Shown: positions 1 through 11,505, counted from the first letter of the whole stretch. The stretch: 63,707 nucleotides of DNA, filler included, from Octopus bimaculoides (GCF_001194135.2; 5 parts of 5 records of this genome joined end to end with filler, not necessarily neighbours in it); one strand, 5' to 3'. Translations and numbers: made by a program. The notes: generated by a model from the sequence alone, not told the origin.

Positions 1-43
<43 letters not shown>

Positions 44-213
44 CATATACGACGGGCTTCTTTCAGTTTCCGTCTACCAAATCCACTCACAAGGCTTTGG
101 TCGGCCCGAGGCTATAGTAGAAGACACTTCCCCAAGGTGCCACGCAGTGGGACTGAATCCGGAACCATGTGGTTGGTAAGCAAGCTACTTACCACACAGC
201 TACTCCTGCGCCT
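1..213 (-). mobile_element. SINE family A (tRNA-like head) with a (TA)n tail
   Basis: Reverse complement of aggcgcaggagtagctgtgtggtaagtagcttgc...gaaactgaaagaagcccgtcg. Other copies at 4870-5028(+), 16380-16547(+) and 21659-21780(-); partial copies near 59620 and 60010. Confidence 0.85.
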
Positions 214-782
214 AAACATTCTTTAAAAAATGGATGGAACATTGTGCCACTGCACCATAAATTTCTTCTTTTGAGGCAGATCAAAATGCTTTTTTCAATT
301 GTAGGGTGTTATTTATAACATTTTAAGATGATCGACACAAGATGTAACCTTTCTTCTAACTCACGAACCTTAAAACATTTACTGAGCCTCACAGATCGAT
401 ATTAAAGAACTTTCTCTTTTCTTATGATAGAATTGGAAATAAGCTTTAAAACAAAACAAAGGCAGCAGTGGTGCTGCAAAAAGCATTGGTTATTATCAAT
501 GCTATGTTATTGAATGAAATGTAGTATATACGATGACGACGGTGACGATGACGACGGTGACGATGACGACGGTGACGATGACGACGGTGACGATGACTGC
601 GCCAGTGGCCATTGACGATGACGACGACAAGAACAATGACGTGATGGAACTTTGAATGAAGCTTTGTGTGTTTCATTGTGTGATATTTGAAATGAAAACT
701 GTTCAAAAACCAATACAATGCAAGTTGTAATGGAAGAGTGAGCACGGAAGACAGGAAGACAGAACAGCAGTTTACAGCTTAC

Positions 783-845
783 TTTTTTATTTCTATATTT
801 CGAGGTTAATACAACCTCAGCAGAGAACATGGAGGAGGTGCTGAG
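783..845 (-). CDS. Candidate further RGS22-like exon
   Basis: Pyrimidine tract plus tactag| acceptor and AAA|gtaagc donor; 63 nt, phase 0-0 (LSTSSMFSAEVVLTSKYRNKK). No recognisable homology. Confidence 0.3.
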
Positions 846-1123
846 CTAGTACTCAGATATACGGAAGTAGGAAAGAGCATGCGAAACGAAGACTGGTTAT
901 GGTGACAATATGTTTCTATGTGTTTTACAAATTGCATTGTATTGGCTTTTTAACAATTTTGACTTTAAAGTATACATACACACATTAATATATTATACAT
1001 ACCTACATACATACATACATACATACATACATACATACATACATACATACATGCATACAAGCATACATATGTACATGCATACAATCATACATACATACAT
1101 ACATACATACATACATACATACA

Positions 1124-1157
<34 letters not shown>

Positions 1158-1699
1158 CATATGTGAAGAAATTGAGAGGGAAAAATACTATACAAAAGCA
1201 CAAGACTGAGATTTAATAATAATTTGTAGATTTGGGTTCTGATTGACTTTATTTTATCAAAACTGTCTTCTTTTTTTTTTTTTTTTTGATTTGTATAAAT
1301 AAAAACTTTGATCACTGAAAAATCAAACGGAAAGTTCTTCAAACTGCGACCTCCTGATGAAAAATTCTTTGAAACTTCAGTGGAAGAAAACAGAAAGAAG
1401 ATTGTACAATTCTTGTAGATTGTCGAAATTGGTATGACTATATAGTTGAATTATTTCTTTCGAAATACGTTAACAGAGAATGCAAAATTAAATATTTAGG
1501 ATTGAGATCTGTATTTTAAAATATATTTGTGTATTTAAATAGTTGAAAGACTCCTTTTCTTTAGTGATTTATCTGAAAATGAAAATATAAAACTGAAATG
1601 CAAGCAACGAAATTACAAGAGGTAAGGAAATACTGAGTAACTTACAAATGATGTTCTTAGAATTAATTTAAAACTTGTATATCTACTATTTACTTGCAT

Positions 1700-2179
1700 A
1701 CATTCAAACATGATGGCCGTCCACTCGTGACCGAGGAAGACCATTGCCGACCTTCAGGAACATTGTGCGCTCTAGGACTAACTTATATTTTGCATTTGCG
1801 GCTCCGTTGGTGGTTAAAGAGCCCTGCTCTTGACAAGCGTACACGACTGCAAACATTTCAGACCAAGCTTTCCCCATTCACTATACGAGCCGTGGGCTTT
1901 CACGCAGCTCGCTTAAGTTCTTCCTGCTGGATACGTGCTCTCTTAAAAGTGTCAATCCCCTCCTTAACCTGTTTCCTCCATCCGTGGCGATGACAGACAT
2001 TGTTCTCCCAGTCAGTGTCCTGCATATCACAGGCCTTTAATGAGGACTTGACACAGTCCTTAAATCGCAGCCTTGGTTTCTGCCGGAGTCTCCTTCCATT
2101 CACAAGTTCTCCATATAGCATCTGTTTAGGAATCCTGCTATCCTAAGCAGGAAAGCAGGATTCCTAAACATTCAAACAT
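1700..2179 (-). mobile_element. 5'-truncated RTE-clade LINE 3' end with a 12-bp TSD
   Basis: SRIPKQMLYGELVNGRRLRQKPRLRFKDCVKSSLK is a typical RTE C-terminus. TSD acattcaaacat at 1700-1711 and 2168-2179. Confidence 0.85.
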
Positions 2180-2649
2180 ACATACATACATACATACATA
2201 CACGCATACATACATATATACATACGCACAGACAGACATACGGTGCATTTGGTTTTGTTGGTAAATGCTTAAGTGACAAGCTGGAAAAGGGACAGTTTTC
2301 AGAAAAAGATTGATTCAATCAGCTAACACACACATTAGAAATATTAGGGGTACTGTAATGTCGCATTTCACGTAATGAGTTCAAATCAGTATAAAATATG
2401 TGATAAATATATTTATTCATTCAAGATGTAATTGCCTTTGTTAGCCATAACATTTTCTCACTTCAAAGCCAGTTTTCTGAGTCCTCAGTGAAAAAAACCA
2501 AAAAAAAAAACCCAACTCAGGTTCTTTTGAAGAGAAAAGTATTTGGGCTGCCGATTCTTTATTCTCCTACTACTGAATATTTTCCCCTGGCAAAGTGTTC
2601 AAGAGACCTCAATAAATGAAAATCTGATTGTGATAGGAATGCTGAGATA

Positions 2650-3880
2650 GAACTTTCCAGACTAATGATGGGGCACTACTTATTGAATTATGATTACAAA
2701 ATGGAATATTTACCGTCAAAAAAACAAGGGCATGTGGATGGTTTGTCCAGACTGATACCAAAACACAGTGAGCCATTCGAAGATACGGTAATCGCAGCAT
2801 TAAGATCAGAAGGAGAAATAAAAAAATGTAATGCGGAATGCGGTACGCAAATTACAGGTGACCCTAGAAGACATAAAACGAAATGTGGAAAAGGAGAAAT
2901 TCATAACAGAAATGAAAAGAATTCTGTGGACAGGAAAAGTAAATAGGAACAAGGTTGGTGTGAAATGAAACCAAGATGTGAACTTCATCATCATCATCAT
3001 CATCATCATCATCGTTTAACGTCCGCTTTCCATGCTAGCATGGGTTGGACGATTTGACTGAGGACTGGTGAAACCAGATGGCTACACCAGGCTCCAATCT
3101 GATTTGGCAGAGTTTCTAGAGCTGGATGCCCTTCCTAACGCCAACCACTCCGAGAGTGTAGTGGGTGCTTTTACGTGCCATCGGCTATATTTGTAATGGC
3201 ATACTGATGTAAAATAAAATCAGTCTTTGACAAATTACTACTTGGTAAGAAAAGAAAAATTGCAATGGAAAATTCAGCAAGATATATGAAAATTGGTGAA
3301 AACGTATTTGTTAGGGCATATAAGAATGGGAAACAAAGTTGGGAAGATGGCGTGATTACCAAATGCATGGGAAAAATACTATATTTGGTAAAAGGAAGTA
3401 AAGGGCTATACAAGAGACACATGAACGAACCATTTGTTGAGAGCAAACTCAAGAGAATGGAAGAACCAATGGAATGGTTATATGATACTTTTCAAGTACC
3501 AACACCACTACAAATAATTGAATCCAGATGCACAAGCGAAAGAAAAAGAAAATGTATGGAGTTCCTGGAAGTGGATACCAAATGAAAAAAAATAAATGTG
3601 TAACTGTATGAAAAAGAAAACTCAAAAAAGGGAAGTGGGGTGAGGTAAAAATTATTGCTAATAGAAGAAATAAAATTAAACTCCCTAAGAAAAAAAGAAA
3701 AACTTATAGTGATAACAAAAATAATGGAACACCCCTCCCATGTGACGAGTGGTATGTGTTAGTTGCTACAAATACTGTGACATAGGAAGTCGAGAGAGGT
3801 CAGTTGAGTAGTCATCATAGACAGATAGTCGTGTCTTACTTGTCTAACTAACTATGCGGCTTAACCGGAGTGGACATTAT
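2650..3880 (+). mobile_element. Internally deleted Ty3/gypsy remnant (end of RNase H, integrase C-terminus, PPT, probable 3' LTR from 3641)
   Basis: LLNYDYKMEYLPSKKQGHVDGLSRL and GENVFVRAYKNGKQSWEDGVITKCMGKILYLV...KRHMN motifs. Purine tract aaaaaagggaagtgggg is followed by TG. LTR end is approximate. Confidence 0.7.
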
Positions 3881-4412
3881 AATAGCCTGACAGAGGATAA
3901 CAACAGTAATGCATAGATTATGCTGATTATGCAGCTCACTAAATTCTTTGTCTTCCAAGGAATTGTTTTCCTTGTGGTATGATGTCAGACTATTTGCATG
4001 ACCCAGTATTAGAGCATTGGGTTTACAATCATGAGGTTCTGAGTTCGACCCCCAGACTGAGATGTGTGTCGTGTTCTTGAACAAGATACTTTATTTCACA
4101 TTGCTTCAGTTCACTCAGCTGTAGAAATGAGCTGCGATGTCACTGATTTCAAGTTTTACCGGCGTTTCTTTGACCTTTCCCTTGGACAACGTCGATGGTA
4201 TGAAGAGGGGAGACTGGTATACATGGGCAACTACTGGCCTTTCACCAACAACCTGGCCTGGATTTGTGCCTTCTAGGTGCAATCCCATGGTCATTCGTGA
4301 CTGAAAGGTGTCTTTATATATAAACGAATGTTCATGCACACTCATATGTATAAATTTAGATGTATCTTACAAGCAGATTTGCCTACAAAACGCCATACAA
4401 CTTTTTACTTAC

Positions 4413-4607
4413 TTTTCTATAAATCCAGCTTTCTTCCAGTAGAAGTCTGTGCCAGAATTTTGATAAAATGATGAGTATATGTTCTACCGCTTCATCAAAC
4501 ATGTCCCCGACTGGTGCATCTAGGTTCTGCCATATAAGTAACATAACTTTTGGTCCAGCACGGACAGTGAATGGACTGCCATTTGCAATGAACTTCGAAT
4601 AAATAAA
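4413..4607 (-). CDS. RGS22: RGS22-like exon (RGS-like domain, C-terminal helices)
   Basis: Acceptor tggtttcacag| and donor AAA|gtaagt; 195 nt, phase 0-0. Encodes FIYSKFIANGSPFTV...DAPVGDMFDEAVEHILIILSKFWHRLL, similar to recalled YLFATYVAPSATLDI...PPFEDLFDTAEEYILLLLLEPW. Not present in the ORF track; translated by hand. Confidence 0.85.
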
Positions 4608-5445
4608 CTGTGAAACCAGAAATAAATACAGTATAAATACAAATATGTCACAACTTGAGTAGTTTCGTGTTATGAATTTTTTGACTTTGTTATATTCTTT
4701 CCTTTTTTTTTCAAGAAATTAAGGGAGAAAAATAGACCTAAGCTTTCTGTTGATTTATTTGACTTTACATCAGTCAGAGCTTACATATTCAAAAGTATAA
4801 AAATTAAAAAAGAAAAAGAAAAAAACGCTTGGAAACCAATACTGAAGTGGAAAATCGAATAAAATATGTAGGCGCAGGCGCGGCTGTGTGGTAAGAAGCT
4901 TGCTTCTTGACCACATGGTTCTGGGTTCAGTCCCACTATGTGACACTTTGGGCAAGTGTCTTCTACTATAGCCTTGGGCTGACTAAAACCTTGTGAGTGG
5001 ATTTGGTAGATGGAAACTGAAAGAAGCCTACATTATCTACATTATTTACATTTGACGGATATTTGTCCTCATCTTGTTTGTTGTTAACACAACTTATAGG
5101 CCCCGCTCTTAGAGGGTTCTAGTTGGACTAGTGCTCGGTTGGTACTTATTTCATCGATTCCAAAAGGATGGAAGGTGAAGTTGACTTCAGCGGAATTTGA
5201 ACTCAGACCTAATGAGTCAGAAGCAATGCAACTAGGTATTTTGTCTGGCACTTTAACAGTGCTGCCGGCTTGTTACCTTAACAACTACAAAAGTAATAAT
5301 ATAAAATTAAATAGCATGATAGAAGAAATAAGATGAGAGAGCGAAGGAGGTGGAGGAGGAGTGAGAGAGAGGGAGAGAGAGAGAGAGAGAGGGGGGAGAG
5401 AGAGAAAGAGGGAGAGAGAGATGCAAAAAAATGGTTTGAACTTAC

Positions 5446-5547
5446 TTTGGCATATCTGCAGATACGAAACATATTGACTGGTTGAGTGTAGAAGATTTGC
5501 AAGAATTTCTCGATGTTATGCCAAAGGTAGAGACAGTTGAGTGCAAG
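5446..5547 (-). CDS. RGS22: RGS22-like exon (RGS-like domain)
   Basis: Acceptor tttttgctgccacag| and donor AAA|gtaagt; 102 nt, phase 0-0. Encodes LALNCLYLWHNIEKFLQIFYTQPVNMFRICRYAK, similar to recalled LWKNSVYFWFDLQAYHQLFY...VCKQAQ. Confidence 0.85.
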
Positions 5548-5659
5548 CTGTGGCAGCAAAAATGGTAATGGTGTATTTTAGTAAAAAAATAATGGTCTCA
5601 GAATTGCTGGAGAAAACCGAAAGAAGAGAAAGAGAGAAGAAATCGTCAAGATCTGTTTT

Positions 5660-6037
5660 CTCTTTCTCTTCATTATCATCATCATCATCATCATCATCAT
5701 CGTCATCATCATCATTGTCATCATTGTTGCTTTTATCATCAGCATCAGCATCAGCAGCAGCAGCACTACCACCCCTACCCCACCCCCCATCACCACCATT
5801 GTCATCATCATCATTGACGTTGTTACATCAGAATCATCAGTGTTATCATCATCATCATTATTGTCATCATTGTTGCTTTTATCATCATCAGCACTACCAC
5901 CCCTACACCCCCACTACCACCACCATCGTCATCATCATCATCATCGACGTTGTTGCATCAAAATCATCAGTGTTATCACCATCATCATCATCATCGTCAT
6001 CATCGTCATCATCATCATTGTCATCATTGTTGTTTTT

Positions 6038-6077
<40 letters not shown>

Positions 6078-6125
6078 GAAGTAGCACTACCCACGCCCCC
6101 ATCGTCATCCTCGTCTTCGTCAGCA
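5660..6125. repeat. (CAT)n-based tract with a higher-order ~150-bp repeat (intronic)
   Basis: The block cattgtcatcattgttgcttttatcatc...gcactaccaccc recurs three times. Confidence 0.8.
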
Positions 6126-6393
6126 TCAACTAAAAACAGCTAAACTATTCCAGTTACCAATGACAACATAGTATACCATGTTGATGATGCTCACTGATAC
6201 AAAAAATGCATCCGTCCTTCGGTCGGAAATGTCATTCATGCCCAGGGCTGTGTTTTTCACACGCATTGTCAATAAGGAGAACTTTTCTTCTCTTGAGACA
6301 ATTTCTAAAGCATAACATTTTCTATGTCCGTATGTACATGAACGTGTTGAATATGATTGTACACATCTATATTTCATTTCAAACGAAAGCAAT

Positions 6394-6682
6394 TGCAGGG
6401 TGGAAAGTGTTTATAAGCCATTTAAGAAACACACAAAAAACCGTTAGAGTCACTTCAACTTTTAAATTTAATTTGTCAAAATATTTTCGTCGTTTTGAGA
6501 CCGTGACCCGTTCACTGACAAAATTCCATGCTTTCTCAGATGCAGCACGGAATTTTGTCAGTGAACAGGTCGCGGTCTCAAAACGACGAAAATATTTTGA
6601 CAAATTAAATTTAAATGTTGAAGTGAATCTAACGGTTTTTTGTGTGTTTCTTAAATGGCTTATGAACACCTTCCACGCTGCA
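6394..6682. mobile_element. Palindromic MITE/foldback element (~135-bp arms, ~20-nt loop, possible AAT TSD)
   Basis: The + and - ORF translations are nearly identical. Termini are tgcagggtgg...ccacgctgca, flanked by aat at 6391-6393 and 6683-6685. Confidence 0.85.
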
Positions 6683-6729
6683 AATGATAAAAGATTAAAG
6701 ATAAAAGATTGAAGATATTTATATATTAC

Positions 6730-7051
6730 CTTATTTTTGCATTTGGTTAAGAAGTTCTCAAAGTAATTGCCACACTTACTCTCCTTCCTCAGAGCCACCA
6801 ATAAAGTGTTTACTAGCTTTATTTTTGTACTGCCCATGTGGTCTTCTAACTGACCTGTCCATGGGTCCACAACGTGGTCCAGTGCACCAATGATTCGATT
6901 CACCTTCACCACTTTGGGCATCGGATGTTGTCTTTGTGTCCATCCGATATTGGACTCGCCGACTGTCTCTACCGTTGCAGGAGTCATCTCGGGAAGCATT
7001 GGTAGATCTCGTGTCGTTCTGGGAACGAACACTTTCGGAACAGGTGGGTTT
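6730..7051 (-). CDS. RGS22: RGS22-like exon, entering a further RGS-like domain
   Basis: Acceptor cttcatcaccag| at phase 2 and donor AAG|gtaata at phase 0. Ends LLVALRKESKCGNYFENFLTKCKNK, similar to recalled RGS22 LLQALYVENRAGFFFTKFCEHSGNK. Confidence 0.85.
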
Positions 7052-7397
7052 CTGGTGATGAAGTAAAGGGATAAGTGTTTCAGTGAGTGAGGGAGTGAGT
7101 GAGAGAGGGAAGGAATGTGTGAGTGTGTAAGAGAGTGAGTGAACAAATGAATGTAAATGACTATAAGTGGAGGAGACTGCAAGTGAGGAAGCGTGTGAGT
7201 GAGTTTATATGCATATGTGTGTCTATATCATAGACATATATTTTAATCATAGGATTGTGACTGTGCCAGGCACCACCTAGATGAAAACGGGGCAAAGGTT
7301 ACATGTAAGACTTAAACCATAAAACTTCCCTACTGATGGCAATCCTGTTAACCAACTGCGCCAAAATGACAAAAGAGGAGAAAAAAATGGTACTTAC

Positions 7398-7609
7398 AAT
7401 TTGTTTTTGGTCTTAGGCATTGGCGTTTGTCCCTCCTTGACTTTATCTTCGTTGCTTCCATCATTCTCCTCCTTCTTTGTTTTCTCCAAATTGTTAAAAG
7501 CATTATTCCCATAATTTCCGCAATTTTGCAAAGATGAAAGTAAATGTGTTCGACGCGTCCCGATTCTTTTCATTTGGGGAGGTAATCGCAAAATATGAGG
7601 AGGATAAAG
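7398..7609 (-). CDS. RGS22: RGS22-like exon
   Basis: Acceptor tttcattttcag| at phase 0 and donor TT|gtaagt at phase 2; 212 nt open (LYPPHILRLPPQMKR...KTKNK). Confidence 0.75.
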
Positions 7610-8524
7610 CTGAAAATGAAATATATGTACATATATATANNNNNNNNNNNNNNNNNNNNNNNNNNNNNNNNNNNNNNNNNNNNNNNNNNNNNNNNNNNNN
7701 NNNNNNNNNNNNNNNNNNNNNNNNNNNNNNNNNNNNNNNNNNNNNNNNNNNNNNNNNNNNNNNNNNNNNNNNNNNNNNNNNNNNNNNNNNNNNNNNNNNN
7801 NNNNNNNNNNNNNNNNNNNNNNNNNNNNNNNNNNNNNNNNNNNNNNNNNNNNNNNNNNNNNNNNNNNNNNNNNNNNNNNNNNNNNNNNNNNNNNNNNNNN
7901 NNNNNNNNNNNNNNNNNNNNNNNNNNNNNNNNNNNNNNNNNNNNNNNNNNNNNNNNNNNNNNNNNNNNNNNNNNNNNNNNNNNNNNNNNNNNNNNNNNNN
8001 NNNNNNNNNNNNNNNNNNNNNNNNNNNNNNNNNNNNNNNNNNNNNNNNNNNNNNNNNNNNNNGAGGTTAAAATAGCCTCATTAAGGGATAGTAATATCCA
8101 ATGAATTACTGGTTCATTACCTAATAACCTAACGGTTTATCTTTTCTACCCCTCTGATGAGATTGTACCTAATATAATGATTTATTAATTGCTATTTTAA
8201 TCTTTAGGCTTAATTGAAACAGCTGTAAGAGAATATGTTGGATTTTTGCAGATAATAAATTATATTAATGCTACATCTTCATATGTTTTACAGACATATG
8301 ACATAGGGGTACCATGTAGCAAAAAAAAAAAAAAAAAGAAAATGAATAAATTTATCTGATAATCCAATTACTATTTGAAATAAAGAAAGATGGGATGGTC
8401 ATAGTTGGAATGCTTTGTACAATATCCCTGCTTAATTGGAGCTGATCTAGGTTTATATAAACAAATGAAACAACTTTGTTTTCTTGTGATTCTTATGCAA
8501 AAGTACTTAAGGTTATTGTCCTAC

Positions 8525-8720
8525 CTTTGATTCCGGTGCTTCCTTTTCTTCAGTTTCTACCATGTAAATCCGGGGTGTCTGAGAAACTTCCATATCTTCA
8601 CTGATTTCCTCACAAGTTATTGTTGACCACAGTTTCCGTTTGTTGTTAAGTAAACTGGCGTAACTTGGGTATTTGGACAATTCTATCTTCAACAAGTTGA
8701 TCAACAAATAATGTGGCAGC
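8525..8720 (-). CDS. RGS22: RGS22-like exon
   Basis: Acceptor caactag| at phase 2 and donor AAG|gtagga at phase 0; 196 nt open (LPHYLLINLLKIELSKY...APESK); phases fit the neighbouring exons. Confidence 0.7.
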
Positions 8721-8764
8721 CTAGTTGTTTAAGCCGAACAGAAATTGGATGGAGGAAGCAATAG

Positions 8765-9160
8765 GTAACACAAAATGTAACACAAAATGTAACACAAACT
8801 GTAACACAAAATGTAACACAAACTGTAACACAAAATATAACGATATGTAACACAAAATCATCATCATTATCATCGTTTAACGTCCACTTTCCATGCTAGA
8901 ATGGGTTGGACGATTTGACTGAGGACTGGCGAAACTAGATGGCTACACCAGGCTCCAATCTGATTTGGCAGAGTTTCTACAGCAGGATGCCCTTCCTAAT
9001 GCCAACCACTCTGAGAGTGTAGTGGGTGCGTTTTCGTGCCAACGACGATAATGATGATGATGGTGTAACACAAAATGTAACACAATATGTAACACAAAAT
9101 ATAACACAAAATGTAACACAAAATGTAACACAAACTGTAACACAAACTGTAACACAGAAT
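8765..9160. repeat. 12-bp minisatellite (tgtaacacaaaa) split by a family C insertion
   Basis: Arrays at about 8765-8857 and 9062-9157 flank the insert. Confidence 0.85.
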
Positions 9161-9325
9161 ATGCCTTCATTACAGCTTGGAAATGTATTGAGATGTGGAA
9201 TAAAAATGCTTCATTTATATTGAATCAACTTAGAGAGAAAACTCACAACTCCAGGCTTCACCTCCAGGTGGTATATCTAGAACAGAGGTTGGAGAACTTT
9301 TTAACCAATTAACCCCAAATATAAA

Positions 9326-9982
9326 CGGCTGATTTACTCTCCAGCCTTCATCAGGTGTCCTGATGGAATTTTGAACCCAACCCTGGGTTCTCATTCCTAA
9401 GATATTTTTTACTGATGTTACTATTATTGATATTATTTATTCAAGGCACTGCCCAGCAAAAAATACCTAGGGAATGAGAACCCAGTGTTGGGTTCAAAAT
9501 TCCACCAGGACACCTGATGAAGGCTGGATAGTAAATCAACCGAAACGTTGTGGTAGCAACAAACAAGATGAGGACACATATCCGTCCAATGTAAATAATG
9601 TAAATAACGTACAGAATTCCTCCTCTCTGAAATATAGAACAGTATTATCTAATCAGTACGGAGCCGATATTAGACTTCAATGGAGACATACAGAGAAACT
9701 CCATCAGGGACTAGCTCGTCTTTCAAACCATCTAACCTTCCTGTGTAGATGTAGAGACTCAAAGCTAATACCCGCTGGTTTGAATGTAATGGCACCAGTG
9801 GACCTTAGAAATGAGAACCCAGGGTTGGGTTCAAAATTCTACCAGGACACATGATGAAGGATGGATAGTAAATCAACCGAAACGTAGTGGTATCAACAAA
9901 CAAGATGAGGGCACATATTCGTCCAATGTAAATAATGTAAATAATGTACAGAATTCCTCCTCTCTAAAATATAGAACAGTAT
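9326..9982 (+). mobile_element. Penelope-like element remnant: inverted partial pLTR (9326-9401), pLTR (9467-9645), ORF 5' fragment, pLTR (9804-9982)
   Basis: Direct repeats of ~179 bp plus an inverted partial copy. The intervening frame LARLSNHLTFLCRCRDSKLIPAGL resembles the N-terminal motif of Penelope/Poseidon ORFs. Confidence 0.8.
9511..9552 (+). ncRNA. Minimal type I hammerhead-ribozyme fold in the pLTR
   Basis: cac-CTGATGA-a-ggctg(gatagtaaat)caacc-GAAA-c-GTT-gtg. Stem I is cac/gtg. Stem II has one mismatch here but is perfect (cagcc) in the inverted copy. Stem III is the palindromic ACGT. Confidence 0.65.
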
Positions 9983-10201
9983 AAGAAAATCAAGTTCTTG
10001 CAATGACATATTTATAACACAAAGAAGTTCCTTTATAGNNNNNNNNNNNNNNNNNNNNNNNNNNNNNNNNNNNNNNNNNNNNNNNNNNNNNNNNNNNNNN
10101 NNNNNNNNNNNNNNNNNNNNNNNNNNNNNNNNNNNNNNNNNNNNNNNNNNNNNNNNNNNNNNNNNNNNNNNNNNNNNNNNNNNNNNNNNNNNNNNNNNNN
10201 N

Positions 10202-10274
<73 letters not shown>

Positions 10275-10652
10275 AATTAGTAATTAAATAAATGACAAAG
10301 AAACAAGATATTGTGTACTGAACTTCATTAGCTTACAGCTGTTTCTGCTACTAGATGCAATGCACTCATAATTGAGTGTTCGTTTATTGCCTTATAGCAT
10401 CAACAGAGCTATAAGATGAAGCACAAACACTCAACTTTGACTGCATCACTATCTAATACTCTTTTACTGGAGCACCGCCTTTAGTCAAGCAAATTGACCC
10501 CAGGATTTATTCTTTGTAAGCTTAGTACTTATTCTAATGGTTTCTTTTGCCGAACCACTAAGTTACGGGGACGTAAACACACCACCATCGGTTGTCAAGC
10601 AATGTTGGGGGGACAAACACAAACACACAAACATATAGACAAACATACATGC

Positions 10653-10689
<37 letters not shown>

Positions 10690-11141
10690 NNNNNNNNNNN
10701 NNNNNNNNNNNNNNNNNNNNNNNNNNNNNNNNNNNNNNNNNNNNNNNNNNNNNNNNNNNNNNNNNNNNNNNNNNNNNNNNNNNNNNNNNNNNNNNNNNNN
10801 NNNNNNNNNNNNNNNNNNNNNNNNNNNNNNNNNNNNNNNNNNNNNNNNNNNTATATATATGTATATATATATATATATGATGGGCTTCTTTGAGTTTCCG
10901 TCTGCCAAATCCACTCACAAGGCTTTGGTCAGCCCGAGGTTATAGTAGAAGACACTTGCCCAATGTGCCATGCAGTGGGAATGAACCCAGAACCATGTGG
11001 TTCGTATCCAAGCTACTTACCACATATAATAATATAGAGTAAAATTAATAATTAATAACTTTACCAAGTAGTTCGGTAAAATTATTAATTATTAATTTTA
11101 CCGTATATTATTATATATTTATATATATATACGTATGTATG

Positions 11142-11174
<33 letters not shown>

Positions 11175-11215
11175 ATATATATATATATAGATATACATAC
11201 ATACACGCGCACACA

Positions 11216-11264
<49 letters not shown>

Positions 11265-11474
11265 TTCATCATGTTGAACTGTTAACCCCTATACACTATT
11301 TTTCTCCGTCTTTTTTGTTCTCTCTTAATTTTTCCCCTCTCAGCCTTTCCTGTCGAAGAGCATAGGCTTGAAATGTCAAAACCTTTTCCATTCTTTCCGA
11401 ACGTCAGACTAATACACCTGCTTGTTGTTCCCTCACCTGTCTCCATGTTTTTTTGTTTTCTGTAAATCCACAGT

Positions 11475-11505
<31 letters not shown>

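Noticed and set aside
3848-4084. 78-aa minus-strand ORF considered as an RGS22 exon
   Set aside because: It overlaps the putative gypsy LTR end and a family E SINE, and a phase-0 reading stops after 12 codons.
5541-6143. 200-aa Ser-rich plus-strand ORF and its antisense poly-M/poly-D ORFs
   Set aside because: These are translations of a (CAT)n tract inside an RGS22 intron, with no coding signature.
6206-6712. 168-aa ORF nearly identical to an antisense ORF
   Set aside because: This is an artefact of the palindromic MITE at 6394-6682.
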